A stretch of DNA of 64,000 nt. Source: Octopus bimaculoides (taxonomy: Eukaryota). The stretch lies in NCBI RefSeq assembly GCF_001194135.2, contig NC_068983.1:67092173-67156172 (forward strand), read 5' to 3'. The stretch's first letter is position 1. The number at the start of each line of letters is the position of its first letter. A program made the position numbers and the translations under genes. Under the pieces are notes generated by a model. That model was not told the origin of the DNA. It did not search any database and saw nothing but the letters and a program-made list of their open reading frames with translations. This document shows, one piece after another, positions 25,490 through 35,290 of the stretch.

Positions 25490-26854
25490 TAAAATATCAT
25501 ATTAATAAAAGGATATATTTAGATAACCCTTGTACATACATTTTTATGTTATTTGAAAAATATTTAAAAAGTAAATATTTAAAAACAAATATAATTTCCT
25601 CAGCAATTGAAATCGAAATAAATGCTTGAAATGAAGCAAAATATAGCATTCGCTGTTACAAGTTGAATGCAAACCATATGGTTGATGTAGGAAAAAATGA
25701 AAAAGATAGAACGAAGAAAATAGAACTGGAAAAACAATAATAATGGCCAAAACAAAATGTGAAAGATGAATGTCTAATAAACTAATGTTCACGCACACAT
25801 GCATATATATGTATGTATGTTTGTATATGTGTGATATCAAATATGTTAAGGATGTATTCTCTTTCTCTTGTTTTGAATAAATCTTTTTTCATGTCCATTA
25901 TTCACTACAGTGTGACATGATCCTCTAAAGAATTTGAAGTAATCAGAAGTAATCATTTTCAGTATTAGAGATATCATTGCTTGATTTCTACTGCAATGAA
26001 ATTGCAAATTAATTTTTTTAATTTGTTTAAACCAAATAGCAGAATATATCTGTTATTTTCTTTCACAAATTTTGTTTTCTCTGCTCAAAGTTGTATGATC
26101 CTAGAAATGACTTTTGTTTTAAATTAAATATATTTGAAGTACTTTCAACCATAAACATAGTTTTATTTCTATTCTGTTTCTGATTGATGGATTTCTACTC
26201 CAACATGGTTAACTACTTTTAAAATTGTTTTAATTTTTTTACTCCTCTTTTCTTGTATCCATTTGTATCCAAGCTTGGATTCCTTTATTGTGAACACAAG
26301 TTGACCTGCTCCCGATACTCATGTTTAATTAGTTATTGTTGTTGCATATGTATCAATTAAAACTATATAAATTTATCAGAAAACTAACATAGTTATTTGA
26401 GCTGGTTTCCTAACTTCACCTGGCAATTCTCTTAATAACAAAGCTACCATGTAAGTCCCCTCACCTTTTGGCATTTGGGCGTGCCTTTGCTTTGTTGCTG
26501 CACAATTGATATGATCTTAGAAAGTGTGTGGCAGGAAAAAACAAAGACAAAGCTGCATGACAGCCAGCTGATACGGGCAACTAAACTGTCTCTTACAAGA
26601 AAATTTGTATACGTATGTGTGATAATAATTCATGTTTAAAGACTGTAAATGTTTCTGAAACTTGCATAATTTGAAAGTATTATAAAAGAGATATACTAAT
26701 TGGGCAATTCTTGAGTTTCAGGCATTACTTTAAATTCCATTGCAGATGAAAATCATTTTTCTATCATGACTGGTTTATTCTGAAGCCATTTTGCAGCCAA
26801 ATTCTTTGTCATAAGCTCAGTTTATTTTGGCATAATTGTTATATATGTGTGTGT

Positions 26855-26885
<31 letters not shown>

Positions 26886-26968
26886 TGTGTATGTATGTAG
26901 AAGAAGAAAAGGAAAAGATAAGAAAGGTTCTCTAACAATGCAGGAAGTTTACTAAAACCTTTATATTT

Positions 26969-27023
26969 AGGTCCAAAAGCCCATCTTCAGATGGATGCTG
27001 TCTGAGGATGGGCCTTTGCACCT
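26969..27023. repeat. Hairpin with 23-bp arms (20/23 matches) and a 9-nt loop
   Basis: AGGTCCAAAAGCCCATCTTCAGA at 26969-26991 against TCTGAGGATGGGCCTTTGCACCT at 27001-27023. Confidence 0.8.
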
Positions 27024-28974
27024 GGAAAGAAAAAAGAAAACAATTCAGTTCAATCTCTGAACTCCATCAGGTGTCTTATTCCTGAATATGGTCAGTAGTT
27101 TAGTGGATAAGGATATCACTAAATTTTGATGAGTTCAATAACGGTAGTGTGAATAAAATTATTATAAATGTTTATATTATATAAGGGGTAATAATCCAGG
27201 AAATCATGAATCACATTTTGAATAGTTTGACTTTTAACCAACTCCATTTAAGGTGCTGGTGGTGTTTAATCTCAGCCAGCCCTGGTCAAAGGCATTCCCA
27301 CCATGACTACTGTAAATGTTTGTCAGACATAATACACTAATGTGAAAGGGGTTTTTTTTTTTTTTTGACATTTTTTTGAAGTAGGTGTGGTATAATACAA
27401 AAAGATTTTAATGTTATTTATAACAGATCAAGACACCACTTTTATGTTTCTGTCTTGATTCATTCACATTGTGTGTGCATATTCTGAGTATGTGTGAATG
27501 TGTGTTGTATCAGTTGGAATGGAGATTATGATAAGATTAATCTTAAACTTTCTTGAGAATGTCTCTGATATCTTTGAGTATGTTCTTTGTGAATGTCATA
27601 ATTTCCTAATCTTTATATGTGTGTGTTATACTGTGTGTCTGTGTTACTCTTTGTTTGTGAGTGTATGCACATTTACATATTAGTTTTTCACTGATTACAA
27701 AACAAAACAAGTTGCTGAATGACAAAAGTTAGATGTATTTAACTAGAATCATTGTAAAAAAAAACAAAAAACAAAGAGCTGAAAATAAATTATGTGCTAA
27801 AATTAGTTAAAAATCATAAACAATGTTTTTTTAACCAAAACAAAATGTTCAACTTCAGCTTAACTCCATGATTCCTACATGGAACAAATCATTGTTTTAA
27901 GTCACCCAACAGTTCAAACTTCTACACTTGTTGACCTTTATAAGTATATGAGATAATTTTATGTGTGCATGCTTGTGTGTGTTGATGTATCTGTAAATTT
28001 TGTTTGTTTACTTATGTGTAATCGTGTTATGTTTCATAGTATCTGATTTGCCTGTATATTAATGCACATGTACATACAAAAAATTATAAGAAGGACCTTA
28101 TTATTTCTAGATTTTCTTTATCAGGCTTTTTTGTTTTTTGCATATCTATATATCATGATCTGAGATTTTTCATAGATTAGCTACTTGAATCAAGGATATC
28201 TTTCATTGGCATTTGTATCAAGATGTTCTTGATGGCCTATTTACAACATATTTGCTATTATTATAATAGTGGTATCATGGTGGACTAGGTGTCTTGTCTT
28301 TACTTATCTTTCTTTGTGATGGGGTAAAATTCTGCCAGAATAAGCTTCACTTTTCTTCTCTCTGGGATTGGTAAAATAAGTATCATTTATATTGTAGTGT
28401 TAGTTTAATTGAATGTAGACTTCCCCTACTAATGAGTGGCTTTATGCCAATGTGAAAGATTATTGTTGTTATCTGCAATTTTTGGAAGGACGTTTATTGC
28501 AGTTTTTTTTTTCCTTTCAATTTTATTTTCTGTTGTAATTATGAGGCTTTTGTGACTTAAGTTTAGGTTACTACTTATTATATATATGTTTGACTATATA
28601 TAACAGTCTTAACATTAACTATCACGAAGTGATTAACCTTGATCTAAGGATTCCTTTTTCTTTTTGTTCTTTGAATGTATTAAAACATATTCAACAATGT
28701 AAGCATACCTTCTATTGTCTTTTTATATTGTTAGTGATAGTAATGAATGGTTTAACAAACTATTTGCATAACTCACTTCTGAATTAATTGATATTTTTGT
28801 TCCTTTTCCGACATTGATATTATTTGTTCTTTATTTATCTCTCTTTCTCTACACCTTGCTTATTCATCTTGTACAAACTCAGTATTTTTGGGAAGAGGAT
28901 ATATGGATTTAGTAAGATCCTAATTAATAGATCCTGATTAATTCTAAGAATAGGAAGGCTGTGTGGCTGTGTAA

Positions 28975-29085
28975 TTTACTTCCCAGCCACATTGTTTCAC
29001 ATCAGCTCTACTGTGCGGCATGTTGGGCAGTGTCTTTACCTATAGATCAGCTATGACATGTGAAAAACTGAAAGAGGACAATCAT
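28975..29085 (+). mobile_element. SINE family A 5' fragment, degenerate
   Basis: GGCTGTGTGG..CCCAGCCACAT..TTGGGCAGTGTCTT..AACTGAAAGA. Confidence 0.5.
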
Positions 29086-29088
29086 ATA

Positions 29089-29135
<47 letters not shown>

Positions 29136-29193
29136 ACGCATACTAGTCTGTGTATTTGTTTACATCTACAGTCACTTTTTTTTTACTGTGCAG

Positions 29194-29266
29194 TTGTGTG
29201 TGATTTGAGTTTTATTATCAAGAAACTGTCTGTGCACTTCATGTCTTTGAAGTTATATGAAAACAG
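29194..29266 (+). CDS. Candidate exon of an unidentified host gene (73 nt), VCDLSFIIKKLSVHFMSLKLYEN
   Basis: Acceptor cactttttttttactgtgcag and donor CAG|gtaaga are both near consensus. One open frame, phase 1 to phase 2. Confidence 0.45.
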
Positions 29267-29458
29267 GTAAGATTTAGTATTATTATAGATATATAATTAT
29301 ATATATTATTTCATTACACAGCAGAATGGTGTGGGAAAATGTAGTACCTCTTAAATGTGCATCTTTTGATGGAGATGAATTGTTTCTTGTATAGAGAAGA
29401 AAATCAGCCTCATGGGAAAGTTTTTTATGACTATGTTAATATGTTGTACAACTTTCAG

Positions 29459-29521
29459 AATCCTTGAACTGGAAAATTACATAACACCCATTGAGCATAT
29501 GAGTGAATTAATTAATTTTAT
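29459..29521 (+). CDS. Candidate exon (63 nt), ILELENYITPIEHMSELINF
   Basis: Acceptor gttgtacaactttcag, donor TAT|gtgagt. Phase 2-2, joins 29194-29266 in frame. Confidence 0.4.
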
Positions 29522-29848
29522 GTGAGTAAGTATTTCTAGCCATTTCCTAAAACAATTTTTGGGCTATAATCCATAGGATAAATATGTGTTGTTTACAATT
29601 GAACGATTTCAGTTTAAACTAAAAGCAAAACTCAAAACACTTCCTTATACAGAATAAAATCAATGATATACACCAGATGATGTTATCTGGTTTTGAAAGC
29701 AATCTAAGAGACTATGTTTGATTCTAACTAACCTGAAGCTTATGATACTCTGCTAGAGATTCTTCAATTGTTAGACTCAAGAGGTCTCTCCAGGTTTTGT
29801 ATTATCTAAATTGTTTTAAAGTAAAGTTTAAAATACTTTTTTTCATAG

Positions 29849-29909
29849 AATACATAGATTATGGTCAAGATGTTATGATACAAGGGGATGTAGAATTAAT
29901 TGCTTGTAT
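29849..29909 (+). CDS. Candidate exon (61 nt)
   Basis: Acceptor atactttttttcatag, donor TAT|gtaaga. Open in phase 2 (IHRLWSRCYDTRGCRINCLY, joining the previous exon) and also in phase 1 (YIDYGQDVMIQGDVELIAC). Confidence 0.35.
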
Positions 29910-31609
29910 GTAAGAAAGAATGGTTTCTGAGTAGTAATAGATATTATCAGAGCTATAGTCATGAACTGATTGATTCAGAGAGCAATAATATATTCAACAG
30001 GAATACTTACACCATAATTAACTACAAACCACACATATTCACATACATATTCACTTGTATTACTATGCACACATACACAAACACACAAATATGATACTTT
30101 ACACAAGTGGAGAATTGTAGAAAGGGGAAGTACCGTGTCTTTTCAGAAAAAGAATAGTGAATTTAAATACGTAATTTTAGCAATAAAATTACATGTTTGT
30201 TTGTAAACATCATTGGTTCCTACCTACAGTTTCAGTTAAAATGAGGTTAACATATAATGTCACAAACTAGTAATAATTATTAACTTACTCACCTTCACGC
30301 TAGTGCTTATGGTCCAGTCAATTAGTCTTATGTAAATGGTGCTATATAGACACAAATATGTAATAGTGGATATATTCACATGCACTCACATAATTAAGAA
30401 GAACCTGTAGAAAAATATGTTCATTCATTCAACATCAATATACATTGATATTACTGTAACAATAGTGTCATGCACTTTTGAATGATATTATATTAAGTTC
30501 CAATGAGTGATAATGTTCTTCATGCTACAAGTATTATTGCTAACATGTAGAAATTAATGATTTATATTTGCCAAATATCAAGTGAATAAAATGGGTGAAA
30601 ATGGGAATAGATTCAACTTCTTTAATTAAACTTTAAAAAAAAACGATTCTCCTCTTTTGATAAAATGAAAACATAACATGCAAGAAGCTAATGAAAACTA
30701 GTTACTATATCTAAATCTGTGTGTATACTCTCTCTTTTGGACTATGAAGAAATAGAAATTTCTTTCAGTAACATTTTCAAGAGCTAGTTATTAGACATAT
30801 ATCAGTGTTTTCAAGCTAGTTTTATGTTTTTGATGTGGTCTAGAATGTTTGGGTATGTAGTATTCATGCCTACATATTTGTGTAGTACTTAATTGTGGTC
30901 TGCAGTTCTGCTTCTAGTGAGTGAATAATTGATAAGAATCAAAGTATCAATTTGTTTTGAAGAGGATGCCTTAATTTTTGGAATGCAGCTTAGGCATTGG
31001 TTTAAGTCTTGTAATCATCATGAAGAATTAGACAAAATTTATTGCAGCTTTATGAGTTTTTAAGTTGTTATCACTTGAAATAATGTAGAGCTGTGATAAA
31101 TCCTTTATAATAAAATAACTAAAACAGGGTTTACTGCTATCGTGCTTCCACATTTCAACTTCAAGAACAATGCGATAAGAAAGATATGAAAAATGTTGTA
31201 GCTGTTTACTAAAGCATAGAGAATTGCACATATTTCTGCATTTAAATAGTCAGTAGAAACCTGATTGAATGTGGTCCATTGTTGTTACATGATATCAACA
31301 ATCTTATCTTTTCTATGAAAAACAAACAGCTAAAAACATTCAGTTTTGCCAATAATTACCTTTAGTTTATATGCCTGAGTAATGACGATATAAGATTGAA
31401 CTGTTGGATATAAATCTGAAGATTCTTTTATAGTCTTTGGTGCTTTTTCTATACATCTGACTATGAAATTAATGCCAATGTTTATTACTAATCCAGTAAT
31501 ATTATAAATAAATGCTACATATCTCAGAACATTTAACAATGCAATTTAATTCTATAATTTATATTATATAACTAATAAGCATTCTTTGTTAGTGCGTTAA
31601 AGTGTGTCA

Positions 31610-31910
31610 TTAAGCGGTTTGGGTAGTCAGCTCACAATTGTAAGATCATGAGTTTGATTCCCAGCAGCAGGAATCAGTAGGTGTCCTTGAGCAAGACATT
31701 TCATTTCACATTGCTCCAGTTCATTCAGCTGTCAAAAATGAGTTGTACATATAACTCAGAAGGACACTTTCTGTGTCACACTTAATCTCTCTGAGAACTA
31801 CATTAAGGATATGCATGTCAGCCATTTGTATGTTCATTTTACAAGCAAGATTTTCTCTTGATAGGATCAACTAGAACACTTGTAACTAATGGAGTGCCAG
31901 TTATTCTTCC
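31610..31910 (+). mobile_element. tRNA-derived SINE, family C
   Basis: B-box-like GAGTTTGATTCCC followed by GTGTCCTTGAGCAAGACATTTCATTTCACATTGCTCCAGT. A related inverted copy lies at 42470-42692. Confidence 0.65.
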
Positions 31911-31983
31911 TTGGTGAATGTCCATAAAATGGTGTAAACAAAACAATCTCCCCTGTTTTGTTTCAGATGTATGTATATGTGTG

Positions 31984-32023
<40 letters not shown>

Positions 32024-32059
32024 ATGTATGTATGTATGTACAATGCACACAAATGTATG

Positions 32060-32455
32060 AAAGCTAGTACTCAGTGTAAGCTATGGACACATAAGAGGTG
32101 CAGCAATATCAAAGGAAGGTTAACTGGGAAGATAGTTTTTGTGTGTGGAAAATGCTCAGGGGCAATAAACACTGAAAATGTGAAGAAAGCAGCTTCCGTC
32201 ACATTCCAGCAGGAAAAACTACAAGTAGTTGATAGCTTCCGTTACCTAGGTGACCAAGTCAGAAGTGGGAGTGGATGCTCTGAGAGTGTAGTTGCTAGAA
32301 TAAGAATAGCCTGAGCAAAGTTCAGAGAGCTCCTATCTCTGCTGGTGACAAAGGCCCTTTCGCACAGAGTAAAAGGTAGACTGTATGATGCATGTGTGCA
32401 AACAGCCATGCTACATGGCAGTGAAACATAGGCCGTGACTGCTGAGGATATGCAT
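32060..32455 (+). mobile_element. RTE-clade LINE RT C-terminal fragment with PHD-like Cys/His insert, relatively young
   Basis: TQCKLWTHKRCSNIKGRLTGKIVFVCGKC..VVDSFRYLGDQV..ARIRIA*AKFRELL..KGRLYDACVQTAMLHGSET*. FRYLG and LHGSETW are standard RTE RT motifs. Confidence 0.85.
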
Positions 32456-33170
32456 ATGACCATTAAACAAAGGGAAATTATTGTGTGGTTGACTGTCATT
32501 AAGACAAAAGAGCTAATAGACCACTAAGTAAGGGGAGGAGGTAAAACTAAGTGACACGTACATGGAACCTTATGTGCATGCTTGTGAGTGTGTGCGGGTA
32601 CATGCGTATATAGATATATGTGTGTGCATGCGAAAATATGCGCAGTTTAAACACGTTTTAACCTTATAGCTTTCCCACACTGTTTTTGCTTTTAGCCCTA
32701 TAAAAAATTTTTTTGTGTGCATGTGTATGGGTGCAGGGTTGTTGTGTGCATGTGAGTGTGGATGTGTATGCATGTATATATATATATATATATATGCATA
32801 TGTACATATATGTATAATTTTTGGCAAGTATGTGGGTGAGCATGTGTGTGTTTAAAGCAAGGGTGGTTTAGTATATAAATATAGGCAAATGTACGGATTG
32901 GTGCACTTACGCGAACCTTTAGACTGCTCTACTCCCTTACTTTTACCCCCTCCCCTTACTTAGCGGTCTATTGGCTCTTTTGTCTTAATGATGGTCAACC
33001 ACACAGTAATTTCCCTTTGTTTAACAGTCATTTTTCACAGGAATTTTCAATGGCCAGATAACTGAAGAGATGTTGGCATGGGCTCCCACCCTGGCATCCG
33101 AAACTCGGAGTTTTATCATGGTTACTGAATAAGCGTCACATATTTTTACAGATAAATTCCTCTATTTATG
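32456..33170 (+). mobile_element. Short non-coding element with ~95-bp inverted repeats and a terminal hammerhead (retrozyme/Penelope pLTR-like)
   Basis: Inverted arms at 32456-32551 and 32936-33031, a microsatellite-rich interior, and a hammerhead starting 26 nt beyond the right arm. The right boundary is approximate. Confidence 0.6.
33057..33117 (+). ncRNA. Type I hammerhead ribozyme with complete core
   Basis: Stem I GATAA/TTATC, core CTGAAGA, stem II GATGTTGG/CTGGCATC with one extra C, GAAA, stem III ACTC-G-GAGT, GUU triplet. Predicted cleavage after 33112. Confidence 0.75.
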
Positions 33171-34299
33171 TAATACCAAGCTCTCTTTCTTTCTTTTGTT
33201 GTCCTTCCTATCAATATATATATATATGTGTGTGTGTGTGTGAACAGTTTCTGGTGACTATTAAAGCAAGTGAAATATGACTATATTACAAACCAAGTCA
33301 AGTATGTTTTTAAGACATGCAAAAGTTAATTATTTTTCATCTTTAGAGACATAAGAACTTTTTTTTAAATCTATAAGAACTTCAGTTTGATGTTTATGAG
33401 CATTGTACTTTTGCCAAAAAATGTACTTGTATTTTTTTAATTATTTGAAATGTAAAACTTCCTAATTGAGTAATGGATAGCTAATTAGTAAAATATTTAA
33501 GAAGAATTCAAGATGAAATTTGATTAAAAGTATGTTGTGATTCTAAGGATTTCACTACAGTTGATATTTGCAAGAATCCAGTGACCAGAAGGTAGACAAA
33601 ATTAAAACTAAAGCATCATATTGTGCTAGAACTATTCAAAATAATTTCTATAGAATAATCTTGTTTGTTGTACTGAGTGTGCAGATGTAATTATGATATT
33701 TTATAAACTGGTTTATCCATGGATATATAGAAAACAGATACTGAAAAATCAACTAAAATATCCAGGAATGAACAACTTCGATGATGGACCTGAAGATTCA
33801 TTATATACTATTTAACTCTCAAATGTCTTGTGCTACAAAACAATTGCAACTATCACCAAGACTTGAAATGCACTTAGCTACAATTCAAATAGTATTGTTG
33901 TTTGGCTCAAAAATCAAAGCACAGAAACTAAGTGCTCTTCTTCAGAAAGAACTTGCTCTGAAAAGACTTCTGTCTGCACCATGTATCTTTATTTTTAGCA
34001 GATTATTGTGTTTGTTTTTTGTAGATTATTTCATATTTTTCTTTCATCATAATAATACCTCAAGTTATGAGGAAGAAGCTAGTGATTTTGTTTATTACTA
34101 ATTTATTTATTATTATTTATTGATGATTTAATTCAAGAAAGAAAGCTTAGACATGGTGAAAATAGGCAGAATGATATTTTAGTGTCATTTGATTATACCA
34201 ATGTGAACTTTATATAGGGATTTATCAATTCTCTGCATGTGAAATGATCATATACTTAATTATTGCATTCAATCTTTCATTAGTGATGTAGGCTTTAAA

Positions 34300-35290
34300 A
34301 ACTTTGAACATAGAGGCAAGTCCCATTGAATATTTTCTTCAACTTTCTCCATGAGAAACTTCTGTTAGGATGAGAGATGAGGTCACATGATAGGCACATT
34401 AACACAGCAATACCACCTTCATTACAAAAATGAAAATGAAGGCATATCTCAGAATGTGTTTTCTGGTGCTAAGTGTGCATCTAAGTTACGGAAACTATTG
34501 GAACACAATTTTAGCTTTGAGATAGGAAACCAAGGAATCAATATCTTATAAATTGATGTGAAAACTCTGTGTAATCAACTTAGCTGTATTCAGTTCACTA
34601 GGGCAGATGAAAGTGACATGGCAAGAGGTAAATGTCTATAACATGTAAACATAATATTTACAATTTACACCAATAATTATTGCATCATATCAACAAGTTT
34701 CATTTAAATTCATGCAATAGTCATATTTTTATGATTTTTTTTCTAACAAGGCCGGGAGACTTAAATAACAAGAGCACAACAAGAATTTGTCAGAAATTGT
34801 TCAAATATTTCAATTTTATTAAGAACACCTACTTCCAATTGGAAATGAAGCTAAGGATAACACATTATTAAGGAAAACACATAGAGGGAAGAAACTCGGG
34901 AAACTGCTGTCTTTCATTACAGCAAAGAAAATTGCTGCATGAAGTATAGATTTATATGTCAGACGTGATGTCTTTCAACAAGAAACACAATCAATGTTCG
35001 CAGAAATCCTGCATTTGAGAGAATACAATTAAACATTATCCACTTGGTGTACCAAAGAGTTTGAGTTTGCAAAATATCAGAATTTATGAATATAGGCAAC
35101 AGGAAATATGATACTGCATTGGATATATTATATGAAAGAATGATACGAATCTAGTGTGAACATTTTCCTGAGTTTCTAGCAGTTGTAATATAGAGGCAAG
35201 TCCCAGAATGTTTTCATTGAAATTGTTGAACCTTGTAGATGAGATAACCTAGAATCGATATGTTTGATAAAATTAGCTTCCTGACAGTAT
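34300..35290 (+). pseudogene. Possible decayed coding remnant with GNAT motif A-like segments
   Basis: Stop-poor stretches include THRGKKLGKLLSFITAKKIAA*SIDLYV. The 16-mer ATAGAGGCAAGTCCCA occurs at about 34310 and 35190. The assignment is speculative. Confidence 0.2.

Noticed and set aside
33781-34101. 106-aa ORF
   Set aside because: No domain recognised, composition resembles intronic T-rich DNA, and no convincing splice pair.
35040-35090. STWCTKEFEFA as a TIR-domain motif
   Set aside because: A single short motif without the other TIR boxes at correct spacing.
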